DNA from: Clostridia bacterium
Lineage (GTDB): Bacteria > Bacillota > Clostridia > Oscillospirales > CAG-272
DNA length: 64,000 bases
Direction: 5' to 3'
Assembly (NCBI GenBank): GCA_017501545.1
Contig: JAFVWS010000023.1
Location: 31,967-95,966 of the forward strand
Part shown: positions 29,177-39,967 of the stretch, piece by piece
How positions within the stretch are numbered: position 1 is the first letter of the stretch
Layout of the letters: each line of letters starts with the position of its first letter
The notes under the pieces: model-generated
The model's input: the letters and a program-made list of their open reading frames with translations, nothing else
Database searches by the model: none
What the model was told of the DNA's origin: nothing
Made by a program: the position numbers and the translations under genes

Positions 29177-32100
29177 ATGGAAGCATCTCTCTTATCAAGC
29201 GCAATTAAGCTAAGCCCTCAGTATCGCGAATTAATTTCTCGCTATGAGGAACTGAAAAACGAGGGTGCCCGTCTTCCACTTTTAGTGGATGGCGTAAGTG
29301 ACGGGGCGCTTTATTCCCTTATTTATTCCTTAACCAAGGACACAAGGAAAACTGCCACACAGCCACTGCTTGTTTTATGTGGCGAGGAAAGGCGTGCAAA
29401 CAAGCTAAGCGAGTTTTTAAAGCGCGCAGGCTTAAAAAGTGAGCTTTACCCCGTACGTGATTTTAATTTTTATGATTTAACAGCCTCCCATGACACTGAG
29501 CATGAGAGGCTAAAGGTCTTATCTGGGGTTTTGTTTAACGACCTTGACGTGGTAATTACAACGCCAGAGGCGCTTTTGCAATACACTATGCCAAAAAACG
29601 TGCTTCTTGATTCGTCCATTTCCATTTCAAAAAGCACTACTATTGATATTTCCGAGCTTACAAGCAAGCTTTTCAATATGGGCTACACTCCCTCTGAGGT
29701 TGTTGAGGGTGCAGGACAGTATGCTGTGCGTGGTGGAATTTTAGATATTTTCCCAACGAAATGCGAATATACCATTAGCAAAAAAACAGTAACTGAAGAA
29801 AAGCCGATAAGAATTGAGCTTTTTGGTGACGAAATTGACCGTATGGCAACCTTTGACAAGGAAAGCCAGCGTATGACTGACAAAATTACGTCCTTCAAAA
29901 TCACTCCGTCAAAGGAAATTGTTGCAAATGAATCCCAGCTTGAAAAAATCGCTGGCGAAATTGAAAATCTAATCTCCGAGGCAACAAGCGAGGAAACAAT
30001 AAGCCGACTTAAAAGAGAGCTTGCAACCGTTAGGGCAGGCGGACTTTCACACGCATTTTTTGATAAATACGTTTCACTAATCTACGAAGAAAAATCTTGT
30101 CTTCTTGACTATTTTGACGAAAGCTCCACGCTTGTTATTTGTGACACAAACTCCGTTGCAACCCGTGCAAGGGAATCTGAAAACGCAGAAAACGAGCTTG
30201 TAAAAACGCTTATAGAGGAGCACCTCGTTCCATCGAAATATGCAATTTTTCGCGCCCCTGTGTCTAAAATTGACGTTTTTTCCAAAAAATGCATGACAAT
30301 AAACGTTGACACCTACATTATGTCTCGTCTTGACGCAGTCGGTGGTCTTTTCCACTTTAACACCAAGGGTACGTCCTTTGCAAACCATTCTCTTGGGCTT
30401 GTCACTGAGGAGCTTGAATATTTTGCAAAAAACTCCTATCGTGCGTTGCTTGTTTGCCAAACCCCAACCGAGGCAAAGGGCGCAGTTAAAACGCTTAACG
30501 AGCTTGAAATTCCTGCCACCCTTATTAAATCCGACGTTTGTGTTGATTCCCTTGCCTCTGGCGTTATAAGTGTAATTTCCGACTCATTTATTGAGGGCTT
30601 TGAAATTCCCGAGGCTAAGCTTGCCATTGTCGTTTTATCAAGCAAGCAAGCGTCAAAAAAGAAAAAATCCTTTAAAAACAAGATTTTTGCAAAAAACGCA
30701 GGTGAAAAAATTCTTTCTCACACTGATTTAAACGTTGGCGACTACGTTGTGCACGTAAGCTATGGTATTGGTAAATATCTTGGTATACAAAACCTTTGCG
30801 TAATGGGCGCATATCGCGACTACATTACCATTCAATACGCAGGCACGGATAAGCTATACTTGCCAGTTGACCAGCTTGATATGGTTGCAAAATATATCGG
30901 CGCCGGCTCACTTGACGGTGAGGTAAGGCTATCTAAAATGGGTGGTGCCGAGTGGAAAAAATCGACACAGCGTGCCAAAAAATCGGCGCAGGATATGGCA
31001 AAGGAGCTAATTGACCTTTATGCCAAGCGTACAAGAATTAACGGCTTTGCCTTTGCCCCAAGCTCACTAATGGAGGAGGAGTTTGCCTCATCCTTTGAAT
31101 ATGAGGAAACCGACTCACAAGCTGTTGCAATTGACGAAATTTTGTCCGATATGCAAAGGCCCTATCCTATGGATAGAGTTTTATGTGGTGACGTTGGCTA
31201 CGGAAAGACCGAGGTTGCCTTTCGTGCAGCGATGAAGGCTGTTGCAAACAATAAGCAGGTTGCGATTTTAGTGCCTACTACAATTCTTGCAATGCAACAC
31301 TATCAAACTGCTCTTGCGCGCTTTGCCGGCACTGGCGTCAACGTTGGTATGATTTCGCGCTTTAGAACCACAAAGGAGCAAAACGCAACACTGCGCTCAC
31401 TTAGACGTGGCGACCTTGATATAATTATCGGCACACATAAGCTTCTTGCAAAAAATATAGAATTCAAGGACCTTGGTCTTTTAATAATCGACGAGGAGCA
31501 GCGCTTTGGTGTTGCCCAAAAGGAAAAAATCAAGGGGGCGTGGCCAGACGTTGACGTGCTTACCCTTTCAGCAACTCCTATCCCAAGGACGCTTAGCATG
31601 GCACTTGGTGGAATACGTGACCTTTCCGTTTTAGAGGAGGCGCCAGAGGGACGCGTTGGCGTGCAATCCTACGTTTTGGAGCATGACAAGAGCATACTAA
31701 ACGACGCCATAAAGCGTGAGCTACACCGTGGCGGTCAGGTCTTTTATCTTCAAAACGACGTAAATAAGATTTACCACACCGCATCCGAGCTTCAAAGGAC
31801 GTTTCCCGATGCTGTAATTGCCGTCGGTCACGGGCAAATGGACCGTGAAAGCCTTGAGGGAATTTGGCAAAGCCTTGTCCTTGGCGAGATTGATATTTTA
31901 GTTTGCACTACAATTATCGAAACCGGAATCGACATTCCCAACGCAAACACATTAATCATTGAAAACGCCGATAGAATGGGACTTTCTCAGCTTCACCAAA
32001 TAAGAGGACGCGTTGGCAGAAGCCACCGTCGAGCATATGCATTCTTCACCTACCGTCGTGGAAAGGAAATTTCCGAAATCGCCTCGAAGCGCCTAAACGC

Positions 32101-32743
32101 AATTCGTGACTTTTGCGAGTTTGGCGCAGGCTTTAAAATAGCAATGCGCGACCTTGAAATAAGGGGCGCCGGCAATCTTCTTGGCAGTGAGCAGCACGGA
32201 CATCTTGACGCTGTCGGCTATGACCTTTATATCAAGCTTCTAAACGAGGCTGTTTTAGAGGAAAAGGGTCTTTTAGAAAAAGAGGAGCGCTACGAAACCA
32301 AGATAAACACAGTTTACGATGCAATGATTCCTCAAAGTTATATAAAATCCTCATCACAGCGTATGGAAATTTACAAAAAAATTGCGCACATTGAGCTTTT
32401 AGAGGACAGAGATGACATTGTAAATGAGCTTACCGACCGATTTGGAAAAATCCCAAAGGAAACCGACACGCTCATTTCCATTGCATTAATCAAGGCATAT
32501 GCCTCACGCGCAAAATTCAAAAAGGTTGACCATCTAAAGGGTGAAATTAGGCTTTACCCTGAAACCATCAATCTCCCTCTTCTTGTCGAGGTCTCGCGTT
32601 ACGACCGTGAGCGCATCAGCGTGGTTGGAATTGGCAAGGTGCCTTATATTTGCATCAAGCTGTCATCAAGCGAGCCAATACACAAGGAGGCTGTTGAGCT
32701 AATTACCTTTTATATTGAAAAGGGCAAGGAGCTATCAAAGTAA
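29177..32743 (+). CDS. mfd: Transcription-repair coupling factor
   Basis: UvrB-homology N-terminus, CarD-like domain (GDYVVHVSYGIGKY), helicase motifs GDVGYGKTEVA, DEEQRFG, TATPIPRT, and the TRG motif. Confidence 0.93.
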   Translation: MEASLLSSAIKLSPQYRELISRYEELKNEGARLPLLVDGVSDGALYSLIYSLTKDTRKTATQPLLVLCGEERRANKLSEFLKRAGLKSELYPVRDFNFYDLTASHDTEHERLKVLSGVLFNDLDVVITTPEALLQYTMPKNVLLDSSISISKSTTIDISELTSKLFNMGYTPSEVVEGAGQYAVRGGILDIFPTKCEYTISKKTVTEEKPIRIELFGDEIDRMATFDKESQRMTDKITSFKITPSKEIVANESQLEKIAGEIENLISEATSEETISRLKRELATVRAGGLSHAFFDKYVSLIYEEKSCLLDYFDESSTLVICDTNSVATRARESENAENELVKTLIEEHLVPSKYAIFRAPVSKIDVFSKKCMTINVDTYIMSRLDAVGGLFHFNTKGTSFANHSLGLVTEELEYFAKNSYRALLVCQTPTEAKGAVKTLNELEIPATLIKSDVCVDSLASGVISVISDSFIEGFEIPEAKLAIVVLSSKQASKKKKSFKNKIFAKNAGEKILSHTDLNVGDYVVHVSYGIGKYLGIQNLCVMGAYRDYITIQYAGTDKLYLPVDQLDMVAKYIGAGSLDGEVRLSKMGGAEWKKSTQRAKKSAQDMAKELIDLYAKRTRINGFAFAPSSLMEEEFASSFEYEETDSQAVAIDEILSDMQRPYPMDRVLCGDVGYGKTEVAFRAAMKAVANNKQVAILVPTTILAMQHYQTALARFAGTGVNVGMISRFRTTKEQNATLRSLRRGDLDIIIGTHKLLAKNIEFKDLGLLIIDEEQRFGVAQKEKIKGAWPDVDVLTLSATPIPRTLSMALGGIRDLSVLEEAPEGRVGVQSYVLEHDKSILNDAIKRELHRGGQVFYLQNDVNKIYHTASELQRTFPDAVIAVGHGQMDRESLEGIWQSLVLGEIDILVCTTIIETGIDIPNANTLIIENADRMGLSQLHQIRGRVGRSHRRAYAFFTYRRGKEISEIASKRLNAIRDFCEFGAGFKIAMRDLEIRGAGNLLGSEQHGHLDAVGYDLYIKLLNEAVLEEKGLLEKEERYETKINTVYDAMIPQSYIKSSSQRMEIYKKIAHIELLEDRDDIVNELTDRFGKIPKETDTLISIALIKAYASRAKFKKVDHLKGEIRLYPETINLPLLVEVSRYDRERISVVGIGKVPYICIKLSSSEPIHKEAVELITFYIEKGKELSK

Positions 32744-32821
32744 AATATAAGTGCTTGATATTATTATTTTCTTATGTTATAATTAATTAGAATTTACTCT
32801 TTTTAAAAGGAGGTTTGAGGC

Positions 32822-34057
32822 TTGAAAAGGATAATTTGCCACACCCTGTGTCTGATTTTCACTGTTTTACTCCTTATCCCTATGCTTAGTGCATGTGGCA
32901 AGGATAAGAATATTTATGAGCTGGGCGAATACGCGATTACAGAAAAAGAATACAACTACCTTATGGGTATGTTTAAAAAAAGAGCCCTTGCTTCTCTTGG
33001 TGGCTCACTAACTGATGATAGCTTTGAAACCGAAATCGGTGATGGGCACACCTTTGGTGAATACTTTGAGGCAAGATATCGTGACGGGTTTGAGCAAAGC
33101 GTAATGACGCTTCTGTACTCACAATCTCTCTTTGATGAGCTTGGTCTTTCCTTGACTGACGAGGAAAAAAGCACCATAAACGCAACTGCAACCGCCATTA
33201 TCGCCTACTATGGCAACTATAACGAGGGCGAGTTTAACAAGCTTGCCAAGGATTACGGCTTTGACGATGAGGCAATGCGACACGTTTACGAAATGCAGTT
33301 TAAGGAAAACAAGGTGCGCCAGCATCTACTTGGCATTGACAACGAAAACATCAAGGAATCCGAGCGCGAGGAATACTACCAAGAGACTTACCTGCGCTAT
33401 AAAATGCTCATTGTTAACACCTTATATAAGCTACACACCGACTCAAGTGGTGAGGTCAAGTTCGTTTTGCTTGACGAGTACGAAAAGGCAGAGCGAGAGC
33501 TTCTTTCAAAGGAGCTTCGTGAGCTACTTGTAAACAAGAATATGGAATATGACTACATTCTTTTAAAGGATGATTTAAACCTTTCATTTGATGAGCTTTG
33601 GGAAAAGTATTCCGATGACACATATTACCCAGGTGGCATTTATGGTCCAGCACACCCAACAGAGGAGCAATTAAGTGGCTCCAACACCCTTTCTGCTGCT
33701 TACGAAAGCAAGGTTGGTGAGGTTAAGGTTGTTACCGCAAAAAGGTATTTCGAGGGCAATGCGTCCTTGGAGGACGGCAACACAACAATAAAGCCGGGTG
33801 ACTACTTTGAATATGGTGACGTTTTTGTTAAAAGGCTTGAATTAAACGAGGGTGGGTACGATAAAAAGGCAAATCGCGAGTTCTTTGGCGAAAGCTTTGA
33901 GGCTGGCGTTGCAAACGCTGTTTACTATAAAGCAATTCTTAACCACGCAGACTCACTCCCCTACGACATAATGATTTCAGACAAATTGGCAGAGTACACC
34001 TTTGCCTCAGTTAAATCAAACGAGCTTGATTATTATTTCTTCGAGGGCGATAAATAA
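32822..34057 (+). CDS. Hypothetical lipoprotein (TTG start)
   Basis: GGAGG RBS followed by TTG. Lipobox LIPMLSAC. No PPIase signature recognised, despite sitting in the usual post-mfd position of foldase-like genes. Confidence 0.55.
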   Translation: MKRIICHTLCLIFTVLLLIPMLSACGKDKNIYELGEYAITEKEYNYLMGMFKKRALASLGGSLTDDSFETEIGDGHTFGEYFEARYRDGFEQSVMTLLYSQSLFDELGLSLTDEEKSTINATATAIIAYYGNYNEGEFNKLAKDYGFDDEAMRHVYEMQFKENKVRQHLLGIDNENIKESEREEYYQETYLRYKMLIVNTLYKLHTDSSGEVKFVLLDEYEKAERELLSKELRELLVNKNMEYDYILLKDDLNLSFDELWEKYSDDTYYPGGIYGPAHPTEEQLSGSNTLSAAYESKVGEVKVVTAKRYFEGNASLEDGNTTIKPGDYFEYGDVFVKRLELNEGGYDKKANREFFGESFEAGVANAVYYKAILNHADSLPYDIMISDKLAEYTFASVKSNELDYYFFEGDK

Positions 34058-34069
34058 GCATAAGATAAA

Positions 34070-34107
34070 AATAAAGCAGGAATTAGCTAAAATTCCTGCT
34101 TTTTTAT
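34070..34107. terminator. Bidirectional terminator
   Basis: AGCAGGAATT-agctaaa-ATTCCTGCT with A and T runs. Confidence 0.75.
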
Positions 34108-35016
34108 TTACTTTTTCCAGTCGTAAGGGGTAACCTGATATACGTAGTAGTTTAGCCAGTTTGAATAAATAAGGTTGGCAACCGAATACCAGTTTGGCAC
34201 TACCTTTGTTTTTTCCTCATCCTTAAAATAATTTTCAGGTGGGTCAATAGGCAAGCCCTTATTTAGGTCACGATAATACTCGTTTTTAAGCGTATCCTTG
34301 TCGTATTCCATATGTCCCATTAGGAAAATACGGCGTCCGTCCTTGGAGCGCACAACTGAAGCACCGATTTTGTCCGAGCCAGCAAGGATCAAAAGGTCAT
34401 CAACCGAACGAATATCTTCAATATCAACCGTTGTGTGTCTTGAGTGTGGCATATAAAATTCCTCGTCTGTACCCTTTAAAAGTGGGTCAAAGCTTACAAA
34501 TTTCTTATGTCTGAACACTCCAAAGAGCTTCTTATCAAGCACGTGCTTGTTTAAGCCATAGTAGTAATGAAGCGCAGCCTGTGCACCCCAACAAATAAAG
34601 ATTGTGCTTTGCACGTTAGTGTTGGCAAAATCTAAAATCTCGGTTAGCTCACGCCAGTACTTGACCTCGTCAAACTCCATCATTTCAACTGGCGCGCCAG
34701 TAATAATCATACCATCAAAGTGTTGGTCCTTTACCTCAGTGAAGGTCTTGTAAAATCTTTGAAGGTGACCAAGAGGCGTATGCTTTCCAACGTAGCTCTC
34801 AGTGCCGATTAGCGTCACCTTGATTTGAAGTGGTGAGTTTGATAAAAGTCTAATTAGCTGAGTTTCCGTTTCAATCTTTGTAGGCATCAAATTAAGAATA
34901 GCAATTTCAATAGGACGTATATCCTGCGTCATTGCCCTTTCGTGATTCATTACAAAGATGTTCTCGCCAAGAAGCGTTTTATAAGCAGGAATGTCCTTAG
35001 GTATAATAATGGGCAT
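34108..35016 (-). CDS. metA: Homoserine O-acyltransferase (MetA/HTS family)
   Basis: MPIIIPKDIPAYKTLLGENIFVM...ILNLMPTKIETETQ..., with the catalytic Cys context FICWGAQAA. Confidence 0.9.
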   Translation of the reverse strand: MPIIIPKDIPAYKTLLGENIFVMNHERAMTQDIRPIEIAILNLMPTKIETETQLIRLLSNSPLQIKVTLIGTESYVGKHTPLGHLQRFYKTFTEVKDQHFDGMIITGAPVEMMEFDEVKYWRELTEILDFANTNVQSTIFICWGAQAALHYYYGLNKHVLDKKLFGVFRHKKFVSFDPLLKGTDEEFYMPHSRHTTVDIEDIRSVDDLLILAGSDKIGASVVRSKDGRRIFLMGHMEYDKDTLKNEYYRDLNKGLPIDPPENYFKDEEKTKVVPNWYSVANLIYSNWLNYYVYQVTPYDWKK

Positions 35017-35073
35017 TTCTTTCTCCTTTATTTAGGGTCGAATTAGCGACCCTGTGTCGATAATTTGTTGTTT

Positions 35074-36342
35074 TTACACTCTATCAAGAGCGTTTTTAAG
35101 GTCAGCAATAATATCCTCTGCATTTTCAATACCAACGGATAGACGAACCAAGTTGTCCTTGATTCCAATTGACTCAAGGTCGTCTTTTGAAAGCTGACGG
35201 TGAGTTGTTGATGCCGGGTGTAATACACAGCTACGGCTGTCTGCAACGTGAGTAACGATTGCAATCATCTCAAGCCCTTCCATAAATTTAGCCGCCTTTT
35301 CCGAGCCACCCTTAACACCAAAGCTCATCATTCCGCCTTGGCCGTTTGGCATATATTTATTTGCAAGTGCGTTGTATTTATTATCGGCAAGTGATGGATG
35401 AAGCACCCATTCAACCTTTTCGTGGCTTGCAAGAAACTCTGCAACCTTCTTTGCGTTTTCGCAGTGCCTTTGCATTCTGAGCGCCAAGGTCTCCATACCA
35501 AGGTTGGTAAGGAAAGCGTTTTCAGGGCTCATAATAGCGCCAAGATCTCTCATCATTTGCACTCTGCATTTAACTCCAAACGCTGTTTTACCAAGTGATG
35601 CATAAACAAGTCCATGGTAGCTTTCGTCCGGCTTTAAAAACTCCTCATAGCGATTAGTCGCTGTGAAATCAAAGTTTCCACCGTCAACAATACAGCCACC
35701 AAGCGCAACTGCGTGTCCATCCAAATATTTAGATGAGGAATAAATTACAATGTTAGCGCCGAAATCAAGTGGACGGCAAAGAACTGGCGTAACAAGAGTG
35801 TTATCAACCATAAAAAGAACCTTGTTTCTCTTTGCGATTCTTGCAATCTTTTCAAAGTCGAGAACTACAATTGTTGGGTTAGCAATTGTTTCAGTGAAGA
35901 TTGCTCTTGTCTTGTCGTCAACAAGCGCCTCAATATCAGCCTCGCTATCATCCGGGTCAAAGAATCTTGTTTCAATGCCGTACTTTGGCAAGGTAACTGA
36001 GAAAAGATTGTAGCTACCACCATAAATTGCGCGTGACGCAACGATATTGTCGCCTGCGCCTGCGATATTTAGAATTGCAAGAAGCGTCGCGCTCATACCA
36101 GAGGCAGTTGCAATAGCAAGCACACCACCATCAAGCTCACAAAGCTTTTTTTCAAATGCATCAACAGTTGGGTTAGCTAAGCGGGTATAGAAATAGCCCT
36201 CTGTTTTAAGGTCAAAAAGGTCAGCAAGCTCGCTTGCCTTTTCGTAATAATAGGTTGTGCTTTGTACAATTGGCACCACTCTTGGATCTCCACTTTTTGG
36301 CTTGTAGCCACCTTGCACGCATATAGTATCTAATTTCTTCAT
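35074..36342 (-). CDS. metY: O-acetylhomoserine sulfhydrylase (PLP-dependent Cys/Met metabolism family)
   Basis: TTYYYE...YTRLANPT...SSSKYLDGH (PLP lysine context)...HPASTTH. Confidence 0.88.
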   Translation of the reverse strand: MKKLDTICVQGGYKPKSGDPRVVPIVQSTTYYYEKASELADLFDLKTEGYFYTRLANPTVDAFEKKLCELDGGVLAIATASGMSATLLAILNIAGAGDNIVASRAIYGGSYNLFSVTLPKYGIETRFFDPDDSEADIEALVDDKTRAIFTETIANPTIVVLDFEKIARIAKRNKVLFMVDNTLVTPVLCRPLDFGANIVIYSSSKYLDGHAVALGGCIVDGGNFDFTATNRYEEFLKPDESYHGLVYASLGKTAFGVKCRVQMMRDLGAIMSPENAFLTNLGMETLALRMQRHCENAKKVAEFLASHEKVEWVLHPSLADNKYNALANKYMPNGQGGMMSFGVKGGSEKAAKFMEGLEMIAIVTHVADSRSCVLHPASTTHRQLSKDDLESIGIKDNLVRLSVGIENAEDIIADLKNALDRV

Positions 36343-36385
36343 AATATCTCCTTACGCGCCCATTTTAGACACAGGGTCGCGTTTT

Positions 36386-37744
36386 TTAGTTTCTAAGGCT
36401 GTGAATAGGAGCAGGAATTCTGCCACCTCTTTTTATAAATTCCTCGCTTGAATATGAGTTAAGCTTCATAATAGGAGCGTGTCCAAGCAAGCCACCAAAC
36501 TCAACGCTTTCGCCAACGCCCTTACCATATACAGGTATTAGACGAACCGCGGTGGTTTTGTTGTTAATTACGCCGATTGCAATTTCGTCAGCGATAATTC
36601 CACTAAGGGTTGAAGCGCTTGTGTCTCCAGGCACTGCAATCATATCAAGACCAACGGAGCAAACTGCCGTCATTGCCTCAAGCTTTTCAATGTTCAACGC
36701 GCCAAGCTCTGCCGCCTCAATCATACCTGCGTCCTCAGAAACAGGAATGAATGCGCCACTTAGTCCACCAACGTGTGACGACGCCATAACGCCGCCCTTC
36801 TTAACTGCATCGTTAAGCATTGCAAGGGCTGCTGTTGTGCCGTGTGTGCCACAACGCTCAAGTCCCATATTTTCAAGGATTCTTGCAACCGAGTCACCAA
36901 CAGCAGGGGTTGGAGCAAGAGAAAGGTCAATTATTCCATATGGTGTGTTAAGCTTTTTAGATGCCTCATAGGCGATAAGCTGACCAACCCTTGTAATTTT
37001 GAATGCTGTTTTCTTAATTACATCGGCAAGCTGTGAGAAGTTGCAAAAGCCTTCCCTTTTAATTGCAGATGCAACAACGCCAGGGCCAGAAACGCCAACG
37101 TTGATTACAGTATCAGGCTCACCAACACCGTGAATAGCGCCTGCCATAAATGGGTTGTCCTCTGGAATATTTGAGAACACAACAAGCTTAGCACAGCCGA
37201 TTGAACCATTATCCCTTGTAAGATACGCGGTTTCTTTCATAATTTCGCCCATGCGCGCAACTGCGTCCATATTAATACCGGCCTTTGTGCTTGCAACGTT
37301 TATGCTTGAGCATACCTTTGTCGTTGTAGCAAGCGCCTCAGGAATAGAATCAATAAGTGCAGCAGCACCCTTGGTTGCACCCTTTTGTACAAGCGCACCA
37401 TAACCACCGATGAAGTTAATACCAACCTCGTTTGCAGCGCTTTCCAAGACGTGTGCAAGACGAACAAATCCGTCCCTGTCACAGCCTGCGCCAACAAGTG
37501 AAATTGGGGTAACAGATACACGCTTATTAATAATAGGAATACCATATTTCGCCTCAAGCTCATTTGCTGTTGAAACAAGATTTTTAGCGCTTTTTGTTAT
37601 TTTATCATAGATTTTATTTTCAAGTCTTTTTTGGTCGTCGCTTATGCAGTCGAAAAGTGAAATACCCATAGTAATTGTACGGATATCAAGATTTTCCTGC
37701 TTTATCATATTGACCGTTTCAAGTACGTCGTTAATATTTACCAT
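36386..37744 (-). CDS. UPF0210 / DUF711 family protein
   Basis: [11 protein letters not shown]-terminal signature and ~450-aa size. Paired with the upstream ACT-domain UPF0237 gene, as is usual in Firmicutes. Confidence 0.8.
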   Translation of the reverse strand: MVNINDVLETVNMIKQENLDIRTITMGISLFDCISDDQKRLENKIYDKITKSAKNLVSTANELEAKYGIPIINKRVSVTPISLVGAGCDRDGFVRLAHVLESAANEVGINFIGGYGALVQKGATKGAAALIDSIPEALATTTKVCSSINVASTKAGINMDAVARMGEIMKETAYLTRDNGSIGCAKLVVFSNIPEDNPFMAGAIHGVGEPDTVINVGVSGPGVVASAIKREGFCNFSQLADVIKKTAFKITRVGQLIAYEASKKLNTPYGIIDLSLAPTPAVGDSVARILENMGLERCGTHGTTAALAMLNDAVKKGGVMASSHVGGLSGAFIPVSEDAGMIEAAELGALNIEKLEAMTAVCSVGLDMIAVPGDTSASTLSGIIADEIAIGVINNKTTAVRLIPVYGKGVGESVEFGGLLGHAPIMKLNSYSSEEFIKRGGRIPAPIHSLRN

Positions 37745-37754
37745 TGTCTACTCC

Positions 37755-38030
37755 TTAAATACGGTGCATTGAATTGAAAATGTCCTCGTGCATTACGCGA
37801 ATGTCAAGACCACGGCTTGTGCCAAGGTCGCCGAGTGCTTTTTGGAAAACTGCGAAGTCACTTTCCATCTTTTCTATCTCTACTAACATAATCATAGCAA
37901 AGTAGTCCTTCAAGACACTTTGTGTGATATCGACAATATTCACCTTGTGCTTCGCGCACTCCATGCTTACGTCAGCAATAATACCTACTGAGTCCTTACC
38001 TATAACAGTTACAACCGCTTTCATTTTCAA
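37755..38030 (-). CDS. ACT domain protein (UPF0237)
   Basis: AVVTVIGKDSVGIIADVS, the ACT fold signature. ~90 aa. Confidence 0.8.
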   Translation of the reverse strand: MKMKAVVTVIGKDSVGIIADVSMECAKHKVNIVDITQSVLKDYFAMIMLVEIEKMESDFAVFQKALGDLGTSRGLDIRVMHEDIFNSMHRI

Positions 38031-38058
38031 ATCTCCTTAAAATATATTTAATATATAG

Positions 38059-38087
38059 ATTATATCACCAGCGCACGCGTATGTCAA
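38059..38087 (-). promoter_or_regulatory. Sigma-A promoter of the ACT-UPF0210(-metY-metA) transcription unit
   Basis: Minus strand TTGACA (38087-38082), 17 nt, TATAAT (38064-38059). Confidence 0.6.
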
Positions 38088-38176
38088 GAGCAGTTTTTTA
38101 GCAAAAATTCAAAACTGTACCGCTCTGTACCGGTTTGACTGTGAGAGAATATAAATGCAAGGGAAAGGAGGTCAAC

Positions 38177-39967
38177 TTGAAGAAGGAAGCATTGACAATA
38201 AATGATTTAACAGCAAAAAGGCGCGTCCTTTGGGAAAAGCATCACGATATAAAGCTTGACAGTGAGCTTGTACGCGCCATAGCCGACAAAATTCTCGACA
38301 CAGATTCAATACGTGACGAGGTGATAAATAAGCCGGAGCTACTAATTGAAGCGTGCTTTACCATAACCGACAAAAAAAGACGTAGCGTTCCATTCTTTTT
38401 AAACGAGGTTCAAAAAGACTTTTTGTCAAGAATATTGACACTGGGTCGCCAAAAACCTTATTTTGTACTAAAAGGAAGACAGCAAGGATTTACTACCTTG
38501 ATCACTGGTATGATGCTTGCAAATGCGATTGTAAAAAGGAATTTTTCAGGCTTTACGGTTGCAGACAGAGACGATAACACTCGTTCGATTTTCACCGACA
38601 AGGCAAAGCTTATGTACTCACTTTTACCATCAAGGCTTAAGCCGACAGAAAAATTCAACTCAGTGGGTGAGCTTTACTTTGATAAGCTAAATTCCTCGTG
38701 GAGGATAGCCTCTGCAACCTCAAACGTTGGTAGAAGCCGTACTCTTTCGTTTATTCACTACTCCGAGGTTGCATTTTTCAAATGTCCACTTAGCGATTTG
38801 CAAAAATCAATTGCCGAGGCAGCAACCGAGGATGCATTATGCATTTACGAAACGACAGCAAATGGCTTTAACGACGCAAAAAGGCTTTGGGACAGTGGCA
38901 CGTGCATAAATCTTTTCTACGAGTGGTGGAAAACCTCCGAATACGCATCAAAGGATCACGAATACCTAAAAAACCCCGACACGTGGCTTAAAAACAGACT
39001 TTTGTCACTGAAAAAGCGAGGCTTGAATGATGACCAGCTTGCGTGGTATGCAAAGAAATATCACTCTTACATTGATAAAAGCGCGATAAGGCAAGAATAT
39101 CCGTGCTCTCCCGAGGAGGCGTTTGTTACAAGTGGTGGCTCTGTGTTTGATACGGAGAAGATATCAAACTATCTAAGCCGTGGCACATTCAACTCACGCC
39201 GTGGATATTTTTCTTATAAGCTTCGTCCCGAGACAATGTATTCTCCAAGCGGAGAAATATACAGCTACAAAAGCACTATTAGTGAAATTTCCTTTGTTGA
39301 AAGCGAAGATGGTTACATTTCTATTGTTACCGAGCCACGTGCAACTATTGAGGGTGGTAGCATTTTGGCTAACCCCTACGTTATCGGTGCGGACACCGCT
39401 GGCACGGGCGAGGACTACTTTTCAGCAAAGGTTATAGACAACACAAGTGGTGCGTGCGTGGCTACTCTACACGTAAAAAATATGGACGAAGACCTTTTTG
39501 CACACCAGCTTTACTGCCTTGGAAGGTACTATCACGACGCACTAATTGCTGTGGAGATTAATTATTCCAGACACCCAGTAAGGGTTTTACGAGAGCTTGA
39601 ATATAAAAACCTATACTCCTCTCGCACCTTTAGCAGTAGCGAAAGAGGTGGAGAGTATGGCTTTTTGACTACATCAGTATCAAGACCAATAATAATTTCC
39701 AACCTAATTTCTATAATGAGAGAAAATATTGAGCTTGAGACTGACCGTCAAACCCTTATGGAAATGACAACCTTTGTAAGGCGCGAGGACGGAAAAATTG
39801 CCGCCGCAAACGGTAGCCACGATGACCTTGTTATGGCAAGTGCTATTGCACACTTCGTCTCCTCCTCGTTTGCCCATAGTCCAGTTTTGGTTGGTCAAAG
39901 AAAGGAATTTATAAGTATGCATTTTTCGCCTCCTACCTTGCAAAATGAAGCCTACATGGAGTGGTAA
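38177..39967 (+). CDS. terL: Phage terminase large subunit
   Basis: Walker A-like VLKGRQQGFTT, coupling motif IHYSEVAF, C-terminal RNaseH-like nuclease (IGADTAGTGEDYF ... GSHDDLVMA). TTG 38177 is preceded by AAGGAGG. Confidence 0.85.
   Translation: MKKEALTINDLTAKRRVLWEKHHDIKLDSELVRAIADKILDTDSIRDEVINKPELLIEACFTITDKKRRSVPFFLNEVQKDFLSRILTLGRQKPYFVLKGRQQGFTTLITGMMLANAIVKRNFSGFTVADRDDNTRSIFTDKAKLMYSLLPSRLKPTEKFNSVGELYFDKLNSSWRIASATSNVGRSRTLSFIHYSEVAFFKCPLSDLQKSIAEAATEDALCIYETTANGFNDAKRLWDSGTCINLFYEWWKTSEYASKDHEYLKNPDTWLKNRLLSLKKRGLNDDQLAWYAKKYHSYIDKSAIRQEYPCSPEEAFVTSGGSVFDTEKISNYLSRGTFNSRRGYFSYKLRPETMYSPSGEIYSYKSTISEISFVESEDGYISIVTEPRATIEGGSILANPYVIGADTAGTGEDYFSAKVIDNTSGACVATLHVKNMDEDLFAHQLYCLGRYYHDALIAVEINYSRHPVRVLRELEYKNLYSSRTFSSSERGGEYGFLTTSVSRPIIISNLISIMRENIELETDRQTLMEMTTFVRREDGKIAAANGSHDDLVMASAIAHFVSSSFAHSPVLVGQRKEFISMHFSPPTLQNEAYMEW

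Noticed and set aside
35017-36385. SAM (S-box) riboswitch or T-box leader controlling metY/metA.
   Set aside because: The gaps upstream of metY (43 nt) and metA (57 nt) are too short and lack S-box or T-box conserved segments. The operon promoter at 38059-38087 is followed by only a short leader.
36552-36971. Antisense or overlapping ORFs inside well-supported genes, for example 429-776(-), 36552-36971(+), 44312-44794(-), 41680-42027(-), 47842-48153(-), 50958-51353(+) and many 60-110-aa ORFs inside the LRR, mfd, gdpP and GRE genes.
   Set aside because: They lie entirely within, and opposite to or out of frame with, strongly supported CDSs. They have no RBS and show S/A/L/P-rich shadow-frame composition.
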